A DNA stretch of 64,000 nucleotides. Origin: Camelus ferus. Lineage: Eukaryota. The stretch lies in assembly GCF_009834535.1 (NCBI RefSeq), contig NC_045697.1, positions 62,312,001 through 62,376,000 of the forward strand, written 5' to 3'. Shown piece by piece: positions 11,468-24,395 of the stretch (positions within the stretch are counted from its first letter, which is position 1; each line of letters begins with the position of its first letter). Position numbers and translations under genes: made by a program. The notes below the pieces were generated by a model. The model was not told the origin of the DNA, made no database searches, and saw only the letters and a list, made by a program, of their open reading frames with translations.

Positions 11468-14400
11468 CAGCTGACCCTTGAACAACAGGGTTAGGAACAC
11501 CAACCACCACTGAAGTCAAAAATCCACCTGTAACTTTTGACTCCACAAAAACTAGACTACCAATAGCCTCTTATTAACCAGAAGCCTTATGGATAACATA
11601 AACAGTCAATTAACACAAATTATGTATGTTACATGTATTATATACTAAAAAATGAAAATGTTATTAAGAAAATCATAAGGAATAGAAATACATTTCCAGT
11701 ATTGTATTTATCAATACTTCACCTTTACATTCTCTATGTACAAGATCAACAGCATCTGTCAGTACCTTTGTTAATGTATTTTGTGATACAAAATTCTGGA
11801 CATGTGACATGTATTACTAACACTAGGCATCAAAAATGAAAAGATAATGTGAAGAAGGAATTCATATTTATCTCCAAATATAAATTAATGCATTGATCAC
11901 AAAGCAGCAGCAATAGGATTGTTTTATGGTAGTCTACTGTAATTGATACAACTGCTGCATAGTAGTCTAGCCTATATGCAAATAAATGAATCATAAAATG
12001 TTTATGGCATTCAGTAGCACAGTCATATTCATAATACAGTATTGGAAACAAAGATAAAACATTTTAAAAACCTCATATAAGTGATGATAGCTGATATGCC
12101 ATTTCTCAAATTACAAATTATAAAACAGAATATTCATATTAAATATCACTTACCTTAATCCTATATAGAATAAAAGTCTTGCACATAATGTTCTACACAA
12201 TGAATACTTAGGTAATGAGAATGAATATTCAATGATGTCTCCCACCTGTTGCCGTACAATTACTAGATTTTCACAAGAAGACAAACACAACAAATAAGTT
12301 TATTGACTGTGTGCCAAGATCATTTACTATTCATTAAGTGTGAGTAGATCATCATAAAGGTCTTCATCCTTGTTGTCTTCAATTGAGTAGGCTGAGGGGT
12401 AGGGGGAAGAGGTTGGTCTTGCTGAGTCAGGGGTGACAGAAGTGGAAGAGGTGGAGGAAGTGGAAGGAGAGGCAGGAACTCAGTATAGCTTGAGAGAAAT
12501 ATATCTTCAAATTTGTCTGACTTTTTTGCTTTTTCACTTATCTAAAAATGCTTCTATATGGTACCATTCCTTCTTCCACCACTGGCTTTAGTTTCAGTGT
12601 CTTTATCAAATAAGAGCCCATGTCTTAAAAGAAATCAAAAGTAGTCTTCAATAATCAGAACCCTTCTGCCAGACTTATGTCAGTCTGATGTCAACTGGTT
12701 TTCTGGCATACTTCTTCCATGTCTTGTTCTTCATAGTCTGGCACTGGTTTGGAAGCACTCATCTCTAAGTCAACTTCTGTTAAGTTCTCTGGTATGTACA
12801 AGGGAATCCCCATAAGGCTCTCAGCTGATTTCTCTACACAAACAACACAGGCCAGAAGGGAGTGGCAAGATACATTCAAAGTCCTGAATGAAAAAAAGAT
12901 GCAGCCTAGGATACTCTATCCAGCAAGGCTATCCTTTAGAATAGAAGGAGAGATAAAGAACTTCACAGACAAGCAAAAACTAAGAGTTTAGCAACACTAA
13001 ACCCATGCTAAAAGAAATACTGACAGGTCTACTCTAAATAGAAAAGAAGCAGGATGCTACAAAAATGAGAAACTCATAACTGGAAAGGAGATAACTGCCA
13101 TGAATTACAAAAAGAATAAAGACAAAATTGTAAAAGAAGACTCCCATTAAGAGTGGGAGAGGGAAGCAAGGAAAGCCATTGTGGAAAACAGTATGGAGAT
13201 TCCTCAAAAGACTAGGAATAGACTTACCTTATGACCCAAGAATCCCACTCCTGGGCATAAATCCAGAAGGAACCCCACTTCAAAATGACACCTGTACCCC
13301 AATGTTCATAGCAGCACTATTTACAATAGCCAAGACTTGGAAACAGCTTAAATGTCCATCAACAGATGACTGAGTAAAGAAGATGTGGTATATTTATATG
13401 ATGGAATACTATTCAGCCATAAAAACCGACAACATAACGCCATTTGCAGCAACATGGATGTTCCTGGAGAATGTCATTCTAAGTGAAGTAAGCCAGAAAG
13501 AGAAAGAAAAATACCATTTGAGATCACTCATATGAGGAATCTAAAAACAAAACATAACAAAACAAAACATAAATACAAAACAAAAACAGATTCATAGACA
13601 TAGAATACAAACTTGTGGTTGCCAAGGGGGCGAGGGGTGGGAAGGGACAGACTAGGATTTTAAAATGCAGAATAGATAAACATGATTATACTGTATAGCA
13701 CAGGGAAATATAAACAAGATCTTGTGGTAGCTCATAGCGAAAAAAAAAGGTGACAATGAATATATATATTTTCATATATAACTGAAAAATTGTGCTCTAC
13801 GCTGGAATTTGATACAACATTGTAAAATGACTATTATTCAAATAAAAAATGTTAAAAAAATAAAAAAAAAACACACGAAAGCACTGAATGTATAAAAAAA
13901 AATAAAATTTCTCTGGTATGGTGTCTACTAGCTCTTGAATTTTCCAAGATCTGTATCTTGAAGCCCTTCACTCCCCACCTTTTTGCCACATCCACAATCT
14001 CTTTCATGATTTCCTTGATTGTCTCTGTTATAAATCCCATGACGTCATGCACAACATCAGCACACAGTTTTCTCCAGCAGGAATTCATTGTTTTAAGGCT
14101 TGATGGCTTTCACAGCATTTTTTATCACAATGATGATACCTTCAATGGTGTAATTCTTACAGACTTTTATGATGTACTATTGGGTTTTGCTTCCATAGTG
14201 TTGATAAACTTTTCCATAGAGTACTATGTGTGACAACCCTTAAAAGTCTTTATGAAGCCCTGATCTAGATGCTGAAAAGATGTGTGCCACACCTTCGATG
14301 TTGAACTCATGGGGAAGGGGTGGCCAGGGGCACTGTCCAATATGAAACAACTTAAAAAGGCGATCCGTTACTGCAAGTTATGTCATGATTGAGGACAAAT

Positions 14401-15826
14401 CATCAATGGTACCAGTCCAGAAGAGTATTTTTATTGCACAGTACTTTCTGTTGTACAACCAAAAGACTAGAAACTAGAATATATCTTTTTCCCTTTAAGG
14501 CTAGAGGGGATTAGCAATTTTATAGGTAAGGGCAGTTCTGATCAAAACCTCAATTTGCACAAAACAGTTACCCTTAAAGCAGCCTTAAATCCGGATGCTT
14601 GCAACTCTTCCTTACTAATGAATGACCTTTGTGACAATTTTTTCTAGAATAGGGCACATTTTTCTGCATTAAAAATCTGTTTAGGCAAGACAGACTTCTA
14701 GTCAATAATTTTGTTAATGACATCTGGGAACTCAAAGCAGATTCCATTATCTTGATATTTTTTAAGGCAAAACTCTTTCTAGAATTACCAAACCACCCTC
14801 TGCTGGTATTAAATTCTCAAGATTTAGATCCTTCACCTTCCTTTCACTTTAAGTAATCATAAAATAACTTCACTTTTTTTTTTCTATAGGTATAATTTTC
14901 TTATAGTCATCCTAAACTCACATAAAAGATGTATTTTTCAAAACAAGAGGGAAAAAAAGTATTTAGCAAAAAGTGCAAGGCTTTAGTGTCTCCTAGAAAA
15001 ACTGCAGAGATAACTTCACAAATTTCCTTTTCTTTTTTAACAATGATCTTCATACTGGAATCATTTATCTTGAAATGATGGGCAACCAAAACTGCAGAAC
15101 TAAATCTATGGTATATATCAAACAATTCAACTTTTTCTTATTAAGTCATGACTTTTCTCTGCTTCTCAGGAGCAATTCCAGCATCACTAGTGGCACTTCC
15201 TATGGGTCCCATGGTATTATTCAAGATATCTGGTATTGTACTAAACATGATGAACACTCAGGTATGGCACTGGTATTGCACTCAAACGAGATGAACTGCA
15301 AGATGACTTTTCAAGCACAATACACAATTTACTGGAAAGACCAACTGCTCACACGGAAATGACTAGACTCACAGGGTGTTTTAAGTGGATACTTGGAACA
15401 CTTGAGCTCACCAAAATAGGAGGTGGCTATGAAATTATTACAGTAGTACTGTATGGACTACAATTAATTGTATGCAGTTATGAGTTAATATTGCATCTTT
15501 ACATTTGTTCACGTTTCTCTGGACTGGGAATGGTGCCATGTATAGTGTGTGTGTGTATAAGTTTTGATAAATTTTAACTTCTTATTAGATTTCTGTATAT
15601 ATTATGGCAGTAAATGATAAAATACACCAATACCTACATATATTTTAGGCATTCATGGGTACCCTTTTCTTATTTTTTCGATATTTCTAGGCTATGTGCT
15701 GTCATCTGGAAATTTTTTCAACATGCTGCAAATCTCCAAAAATTTTTCCAATATATTTATTGAAAAAAAAATCCAGGTATAAGTGGACCCCAAAAGTTCA
15801 AACTCCTGTTGTTCAAGGGTCCACTG
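11468..15826 (-). mobile_element. Near full-length Tigger2-type (pogo/Tc1-mariner) DNA transposon fossil in REST intron 1
   Basis: TIRs CAGCTGACCCTTGAACAACAGG and CCTGTTGTTCAAGGGTCCACTG (20/22 match). TA flank on the left, TG on the right. Transposase remnants HFKINDSSMKIIVKKEKEI, NSCWRKLCADVVHD and DLEMSASKPVPD. Confidence 0.9.
12797..13905 (+). mobile_element. Internally deleted L1 (ORF1 end, ORF2 C-terminus, 3' UTR, A-tail) nested in Tigger2
   Basis: YKGIPIRLSADFS...PRILYPARLSF (ORF1) and WKTVWRFLK...TCTPMFIAALFTIAKTW (ORF2). TSD aagttctctggtatg 12782-12796 / aatttctctggtatg 13906-13920. Confidence 0.92.
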
Positions 15827-16399
15827 TGCTTTGAAAACTTACCACTTAGTTTCTTGTTTTTTTGATGACAATCTGTTTAAAAATGAAAATTATGGGCCTT
15901 TTTTCCTGTGAAAAGGCAAGTTGGTATATTCAAAACTTCACACATGTAAATAAAGAAACTTTCAAACCCTATAATAAAGTAACTGGTCAACTCATCTCCA
16001 CAATCAGCAACTTTTTGCACTGTACTTGACTTGGCCCAATTGCCTAGTGGCCATTACAAGAGCACCTTGAAAACATGTTGGACTTTTTTATAAACTGCCT
16101 TAGCCACTTTACTTTCAATCTAAAAGATGTTATTCTCTAATTAGATCTTCTCTTGCAAATTGGAAAAAAGCAAAACAAGTGGTAAGGACTAAAAAAAATT
16201 ACGTTAAACCCAAAAACGTAATCCGTTTCACCCGACTGCATAAACTCAAGCCGGTTGAGTTTATGTACCAACAAAGTTGGAATCAAATGCCATTACACAA
16301 AGCAAAAGCTGTCCAAGGGCTTAACATAACAGCTAGTCTACTTACTCAAACATCTACTTTCTTCTTACTCCCCAAACCCTACCAACCCTAAAGGAATTT

Positions 16400-18140
16400 G
16401 CACGTTGGTCAGGAAGACCGTCCAAGCACAACCCGGAAACCCAACATGTTGCACGAATTCCTACGTGCTGCTGCCACCAGCGCCTGCTTCGGCGGCGGCA
16501 TTCCGGACTGAAATAGGCATTCGGCCATTTTCTCAAAATACGTACCAAACACAAAGCAGCTCTCTGCAAACTCGGGCGCTCTCGCTTCCTCTCGGCTCGC
16601 CTCACTCACTGCCACACAGTGACAACCCAACTCGTCGAGTTCCCCAACTCTCGTCCTGAAGCTTTTCTTGGGCTACCCAACACTAAAGAAGGCAAGGTGG
16701 GCAAACTCGGGGCGCCGCTGGGCCAGACCCAGTCTTCCCCAGTCCAGGCTGCCCCCTCTCGGCCCAAGAGCCCGAGTCCGGGAAGACGGAGGAAAGTTAC
16801 CGCGTCGCGCCGTCCCGGCTCCTCACCGGCGCTGGGCTCGCCCTCAGCAGAGGGCCGGGGAGCCTCCGCGGGCGCCCTCCCGAGGCTCCGGGCCCCGAGC
16901 GCCTGAGGGGGCCCCAAGCGCGCCGGCCGCCCCCCGCGCCCCGGAAGTTTGCGGGCTCACTCCCCAACGGCGCCCCGCGGGACGCACGCCCTGGCCTCTC
17001 CGTCCCCGCCCGCGAAGTGGCCCGGCGCCGAGGACCTGGCCGGGCGGGCGGCCGGAGCGTAGAAATCGCTGTCCAGCCCCATTGGTGGAACTGCCCGGGC
17101 CCCGGGCTGACTCAACCCGCCCCGCCGCACTCAACGGCGCCTTCCGGCGAAAGGGAGAGGCCGGAGGGAGGGGGACGGGAGGGCCGCCGGCAGGCGAGGG
17201 GCTGCGGCGGGACCTGGAGCAGGAGGACAACGAGAGGAAGTTTCAGTACTAGGGCCCCAAGCAGCTCCGCTCCTCGCCACAGGACCCAACTCCGAGGGAT
17301 GCCCGGGCCCGCGCGGAGGCGGCGGCCGGGCCTTAGCTGGGGAGGGGGTCCTGGCGCCGAGTGGCTCCCCACGGACGCCCCCGGCCCAACCCCCGGGCCG
17401 CGGCGGTGTAACCCGATCTCGCGCGGTTGCTCGCCCCCGTCAGCCCGGGCCGCCGCCGCCGCCGAAGCCATAGTATCTGCAAATCAGCCCTGGACAGCGC
17501 CTCGCTCCGCGTCCTTCCGCGCCCTCTCCCTCCCCCTCCCGCTGCCGCCACCGCCGCCCGGACGGCTCTCCCCTTCCCTCCCTGCCACCGTCCTCAGACC
17601 GCGTCGCACTTACCGGCCTTCCCTGACGAGGAGGGGTAACGACCCGGCGTCGCAGCTCCTTCTCCGACTACTTTTCTTTGTTGCTGGAGTTTCGGGGGAG
17701 GGGAGAGGAAGAGTGGAAAAGTTGGACGCTGGGGCCGTCGAGGCCCGCGAAGACGCAGGAGTGGGTCTGCACAGAGTATTCAGGCTACCGGTTCTCGCCT
17801 GGCCGCCGCCGTCGGGGTCTGGGGTCAGGGGCCTCGGCGGCGCTTGCTGGGCCGCTGCGCCGCGAGCTCCCCGGAGCCGCACATTCCAGCACAGGAGGCT
17901 ACGCCGCGCACCCGGCCGGCGCCGCCGCCGCCGCCGCCGCCGCCCGCGGGACACGCCCCCTCGCCGCCCGCGCGCGCCCGCGGGACACGCCCCCTCCGCC
18001 GCTGGCGCGCGTGGCCTCCTGGCCTGGCCCGGCCCGCCCTCCCCTCCCCGCCCCGCCCCTGGGCGAAGGGGTTTCTTCTGGGCCCTAGCTGGAATGGAGG
18101 CGCGCTTAATCCGCCCGGCCCCTGACTCTGGCCCTTAAGT
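16400..18140. promoter_or_regulatory. CpG island / REST promoter with GC boxes
   Basis: Very high GC and CpG density around exon 1. Tandem CCCCGCCCC boxes at about 18046-18059. (GCC)8 at 17921-17944. Confidence 0.92.
17614..17945 (-). other. REST: REST non-coding first exon (5' UTR); 5' end approximate
   Basis: Strong donor AAGGCCG|gtaagt at 17613. The exon resembles the recalled human REST 5' UTR (GGC repeats...CCCCGAAACTCCAGCAACAAAGAAAAGTAGTCGGAGAAGGAGC). Confidence 0.85.
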
Positions 18141-21100
18141 CAAAAAAGAAGCGAGCCTCGCACCCTTTCTTGATTTCCTTTATAAACAAATGCCAGAAAT
18201 GTTACCCCCCAGCTTTGGCGTGCATGCTGGGAATAAAGCTGTTAAAAAAACATACAGGCTTTAACACCCGCCGTTTCAAGTCTAAAGCTCGCGAAAATAC
18301 CTTTCAGAATCTCTTAAAGCCTCCAAGAGAGAGCCACACTTAACTAATTAAGCTTCGTTTCAACCTTATATATTTAATAAATACCTTCCAAATTTTGACA
18401 GTAAGGGAGAGAAACAGAATCAGTTACTGGGTTGTGAGAAGAAAATGTTTCGGGAAGGTTGTGGACCCAAAATTGTTGAGAGAGGGGACAAGTCCCTAGA
18501 AGTGGCCGTAGCGGGTCAATGTTGAGCCTTCAGAGTAAGATTTCAGTGGAGCAATAACCTTCAGATAAAAGGGGGTAAAGAGGGTTGTGAGGACTTGGAG
18601 GCTCTTCACGACTTATCGGAAATCTGGCTTACAGATTTATAAAGTGGGGTCACCATGCATGCTACGTGGTACACAGTAGTATGCTAGAGAGAGAGGGTGA
18701 AAGAGAAGGTAGTTTCATGCATCCTTTTCCTTCTTTTTGTACCAGAAGTGCTTGGATATCTTAAATCGTAGCTGTCCTCAGACGTTTTATGGCTCCTTTA
18801 AACCCCTTAGTGTGACATTCAAGGCCCTGACTAACCAGATTTAAGGTAAATTGGACTATCACTAGTATTATAATAGAAGTAGCAGCAAGCACTTTGGGGG
18901 TTAGAGTAGGGAGAGCTTCTAAAAGAATCTAAAAACTTGTCACCATACGTGATTATCCACTCTGGCTTTGAGAATTAGAATTTCAACAGGTGGAAAATAG
19001 GTGAGGGAACATTATACACAGTGAAAACAGCAAGCTCAAAAACCTACCTGAGACTACCCTATCTCCTCCTCCAGCTCCCCCAGTTCCATCTCTCTCAAGT
19101 GCCTTCACTTTTTTCTCCTATGAGAAAGCTTCCAGACTGTACTTTCCTGCTCTACTCCTCAGTAGACCTGTTTCCCTAAATCTGGACAATATATTATCAT
19201 ATATATTAATGCAGTGTCAGATACAAGATGTAATGAAGGCCCTAAGGTGCTTAACCCCATCAAAGGTTTTAATATCAAATGCAAGCTCTCCCCATAAATC
19301 AAACTTAAGAAGTATTCGTTTTCATTGATCCCAAGAGAAAAAAAAAAGAAAGGCAGAAAGGAAGGGTAAAAGAAAAAGAGAGAGAGAGAGAGAATGGTGG
19401 GGTTGGGAAAGAAAGAATGAAAGGCAGGAAGGAAGGAAAGAAGGAAGAAAATTTTCATAGGCCTGGTACAAACTTTTCTACATTTTTTCTCTTTTTTAAA
19501 TTCATTTTTTTCTAATTTCTTTTTTTTTTAAACTAAACTCCAATTTGAGGCTGCATAGCTTTTTAAGATGCTATAGCCCAGGGAACAATTCTAGCCTCTA
19601 TCAAAGACCTCAAAAACAAAAAACAAAAAACAAAAAACCTTTCCTTTTTCATGTCCAATAAAGCAAAAATGAAATGTCTCTTTTTAAACTTACTAAATGT
19701 CCTTCAATTACTCAGTCTGACTGCTTACTGGAAATGTTTTATTAATTGTGAATTTATTCCCACATACTGTGATGTAAATAGATGAATAGTGAATCAGCAG
19801 CTGAATTCATTTAAAATTAGCAGAGGCCCTTCTTCAAGAGATGGCATACTCAAAGTAACCCAAATTATCATGACATGAAGACCACAGGTCAAATTTAAGG
19901 CCAAATCACAAATTGATAGAAACTTTCCTTGGGAGAAGCTGGTGCTATGAACTTGAATTCTTAATTGTTTTTCAAGGGGCAGAATTTTACTTTGCTGGGT
20001 CCAAAATTTAAGATCTTCTGCAAAGTAAAGACTTTGAAATGTGACTGAGCTATGGTCTTTTAGTTCTAAGCCTATGGATTCTTTCCCACAAATTGAATTA
20101 ATCATTTAAAAAATTTTAATTATTGCATGTTCTTAGTAATATTTTTTCTCTAGAGATTTATTTCAAAAGTTTGGTTAAGTATTGTTTCTGAACTTCTATA
20201 AGCTTTTTATTCCTAATTATTATTCACTTTTAAAAAAAGCTCATTTTGACAGAACCCACATTAATGTTACACTGAAGTTCAGTAATCTGCTTTCAATGTT
20301 ACATCTTACTCAAGGTTAGTATTTATTAAAAGTTAGGGTACACATGTCTCTATCTTGATGTTAAAAGCTTTTCTTTCTACTCTAGCTTTCACCAGCCAAA
20401 GATACAAGATTGGACTATTTGGGGCCTTTCTCCCATATTCCTTACATTTCCAGTAGTACCTGTTACTGCTTGCACCTCCAGGAATCTCTTCCTGATATAA
20501 CCAATCCTGTAGGAATTGAACTCTGGCTCTGAAATTCTTGTTCTCTGAGTCAGCACAATTTCTATTTCTCATTTAGTAAACAGTGAACTTACAACATAAC
20601 TTAAAATAGTGCTTTCTGCTCTCTACGACCTTATTCTGAAACTTTTGGTGAAAGTAAAAAAAAAAAAAAAAAAAAAAACAAATGTAGTGATAGACTAGAA
20701 AGTGCACTGTCCAGGTAGGCTAGAGAACTGTTTCTCCTACCCTCTGTTGCTTTGAGAAATCACTTCTCTTGAGTTTTGTATGGAAAATGAAGAAGTTGAA
20801 TAGTGATACCTCAAATTTTCAGCAGCTTAGAAATCTAGGGTGCATTTTATTCTGTTACATTTTGAATCTTGTACAAGTACTTCCTACAACAGTTGTATAT
20901 CTTTCAGTTCAATATACCTGGAGCCCCAGTATCTTCTCTGTAGCTTCTTTTGCCCTCAGTGGGGAGATCCACCAGGAGGCCTTGAGCCCCACTGGCTTCA
21001 AGACTGATGGTGTCTGAAGATAGGGATTTAAGACCCCAGTCCAGTTCTGTTGATGGCAGCTTTGTCTACCCTGCTGCCAGTTGGGCCCTGACCTTTTGCC

Positions 21101-23040
21101 CTGGTTCAGGAACTGGAACACAGTGTTTTATCACTGACAGTGTCTGCAGCTTGAGCCACAGAGGTGCTTCTAAATGCTGAGAGAAGGGAGGGAGGCAAGC
21201 CAGGGAGCCCCAGAATGAGCTGGGCTTCCTCCTGCCTTCTCACAGAGCCCACTTTGTTGGCTCTTTGAACCACTTTGAACCACTTTCCCCTTGTTCCTTT
21301 TCCCTTCACCTCACTGGCCTCCTTGAACCCTGGCTACTCTTCCAACTCAGGTCACTTGTTCTGCTTCCTGTTCCTTTTCTGAAAGACTATCCAGTACCTC
21401 TCTGTTCATGCTGCTCATCTCCTCCCCTCCTTGGATCAGAGGTCACCTTCTCAGGGGCCACACTCTAGAATTTCAGCCTCTTCCCTTTACATCCAATCCT
21501 ATGGTCCTTCCCTGCTTTGTTTTTCTTGCTACCATTTATCCCGAACAAACATGCCATATATTTTATTTATTTATCCTTTTATTGTTTACCTTTCCTTACT
21601 AGAACCAAGCTCTGGAAAGGCAGAGAATTTGGTCTTTATCTCCAGTGTCTATAACATGGTAGTTGCTCAACATATGTGTGTTAATTCACAGGATCCTAGC
21701 TTGGTATCAGTCTATCAGAGTGGGGCCCTCCATACCCTTATCAGTATCCCCAGTTCAGTCCCCATCATAGACTTCCCTCATGATCAATGCTGGTCTGCCT
21801 CTTTGAATGGCCCCTAAAAATATCTCCTTTTCAATAACTATTCATTGAATGGATAAATAAATGCTCCCAGATCACAGGTCCCTAACTGCTGCCTTCCTGT
21901 TGAAAATCTCACTTCCTGCTCTTCTGCATATTATATTCCTAACACACTCCTAGTTCCACACACCAATATCTCCTTGGATTTTCCTTGGTGGAGTTTTACT
22001 GTCTGGGCCTTAGGGGTCTCTCCATTTTCCCCTGTTTAAATACAAGCCTCACCCCTCTCCCTGCACAGCCCATCATCTGCATTGCCCTGCCCCTTCCCTG
22101 CATTCCATCTCTCTCCTCTGGCCTTCCCTGTTGTCCTTCTTCCTAGATTCTCCCTCCATATGGTGTGCAGACCACAAAATGTCACAACTGAAAGAGTTGT
22201 CAGAGGTTCAAGCTCTTGTTTTATAGATGAAAGGAGACAGGCCTGCAAACATTTGGCTTGCCCAGGTTTGCACAACTAGTTAGGGCACATGTGGAACCAG
22301 AACCCAGGGGCTCAGATTTCCAACCTGTCTGCTGATCTTTCCATGTATCTTAAACTCTCTTCACTGGCCCTAGCAGTTGCCCTTCCCTAAAACATCTTTT
22401 ACTCTTTTGGGCCTGATGAGCTACTTTTGTTCAACAGCTATACAGCAGTATATTTTTGAGGCAAGAAGTCTCTTCAGATCCACATTTCCTTAACTCTTGA
22501 GCCTATTTTAATGTTAAGCCTATTTTCTGGCAAGAAAACCCTTATTGTTCTCTATTGCTTTTAAAAATACTCAAGACCCAGCATTGACATTTTAACCTAC
22601 AAAGCTCATCATCAATTTAGGGGAAACAGAACAACTTCTGGCAGCCTTTCCCTTCCTCCCAGAAAGAGGCAAAGTCTTCCAGCCTGTACTCCTAAAGTGC
22701 CGTGAAACGCACACTATCGTACATATCTTCCTTCCCCTTTCTGACGTGACTGTGAAGACCTGGAGAGATAAGGTACTGTGTTGTATGTTCTCCATATGAT
22801 CTTATTCCTGACACAGTCAATAAAATCAAAATTGTAACAAAGTACACAACCCAGCCAAAGCTAAAACCAGGCTTTGGTTTATAAATAAACATTTCTTTGG
22901 TGGACATTTCCTTGTCATCAAATTATTCCTTAACCTACTAGAATGGCTAAAAGTAAAACAACAGACAATATAAAGTGCTGATGAGGATGCTGAGCAACCT
23001 TAATATTCAAATATTGAGGAGAAATGAAAACTGGTACAAC

Positions 23041-23644
23041 TGAAAGGGTGGGGGTGGGGGGGGGTCCCCTGAGATAAAGAACCAGGCATGGGTTTCTTGA
23101 CATAAAAGAAGCCAATCTGACCTAAACCTTTTGTAATCTAAGCCTGGCTGGGATGCTTCTCCTTGAACAGGTCTCAGTAATTAATGATCTTAAGGGAAAC
23201 GAGGGAAGGCAGGAACAAAGGAAAAGCAGTCAAGAAGCAACAGTTCAGCAAATAAAACACAGTCCTAGTTCCTCCTCAAGGGCTCTACATAACACTTTGA
23301 TACATATCTTTGAGTTCTGCAGGAACCAGACCCCACAGGTGGAGGATGGAATGATGTTGACCTTTTCTGACCCTCAGTGACTTCAATCAACTAAAGCTAG
23401 GACTGTGTCAAGCTTTGTCCCAATTCTATGCTTAATTCTCTGCTCAAGCTTTCATGAATATGCATACACCCTTAGCTTAAAAGTTGCCCAGTTTTTCTTT
23501 TTGGAGAGACACTGCTCTGGGAAAGATCCCTGAGGTTCTCCTTACTTGCTGCAGACAATAAAGCTGTACTTCCCCTAGTCTTTGGCTTGGTCGTGCCTTT
23601 CAGCTCAACACCCACCAAGAGGCAAACCCAGTTTTTGGGTAACA
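23041..23644 (+). mobile_element. ERV solo LTR (family A, copy 1)
   Basis: TG...CA ends and AATAAA near the 3' end. Alignable by eye along its length to 33335-33930. Confidence 0.82.
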
Positions 23645-23854
23645 CACCTTTTTGGAAAACAGTCTTGAAGAAGTTTCTTACAGAGACACTTAGAACATAA
23701 TCTAGGTATCTTATTTCAAGTGTTAACTGAATAAAATTGAAAATTTATACCATGCAAAGACCCTGTAGGGAAGGGCCTAAAAATTGAAACAGTCCTAAAG
23801 CCCAAATAGTGAACAGATAAGCAAATTTCAATACACTCATACAATGGAATAAAG

Positions 23855-24395
23855 TGTGCTGGAGTTAAAACTTTTCCTGTACTCTCTTTAGGGATTGGAG
23901 TCTTTGGAATTCAAATGACAGAAGACAGATTAGCAAAAGATAACATTTAACCACCATATTTTTGTTAAACTATGCAGAGGGTTTAGAGGAAAATGTGATT
24001 CAAGGGGTAGTTAGAATTTAGGGCTTATATACCATCTTAAAAGGGGAAGAGGAGGGAGAAAAAGACACTAATGGGAAAACAAATCAGTTCTCAATAAGAG
24101 GAGTGGAAGGAGAAAGGGTACTCATGGGAAAACAAATGAGTTTTTGGAAAGGTAAATGGGCCTCTGAAGAATAGATAGGAGATGTAATTGTTTTGTGACA
24201 ATGTCTCATTAGATGTGTGGAGCCTTCTCATACCCATAAGAGTTAGTCATCTCTGGTGAATCCCGGGGGAGGGGATTTATGACAATTGAGTTCTTTTAGT
24301 CCTGCTTTTAGAAAGATAAGAGATTTTAAGAATTCAAATGCCTTCTGCTAAAAATAATCTTTATGCCACAGTGAGAGGATATGCTGACCCCTTCA
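23855..24395 (-). mobile_element. ERV1-type solo LTR (MER34-like)
   Basis: Minus strand starts TGAAGGGGTCAGCATAT. Perfect 4-bp TSD aaag at 23851-23854 and 24396-24399. Confidence 0.8.

Noticed and set aside
16354..18138. Many long overlapping ORFs (up to 373 aa) in the CpG island
   Set aside because: Low-complexity Arg/Pro/Gly/Ala translations on both strands, expected from stop-codon scarcity in GC-rich DNA. No domain recognised.
19794..20105. 103-aa minus-strand ORF
   Set aside because: No recognisable product. The LRR-like signal here is on the opposite strand.
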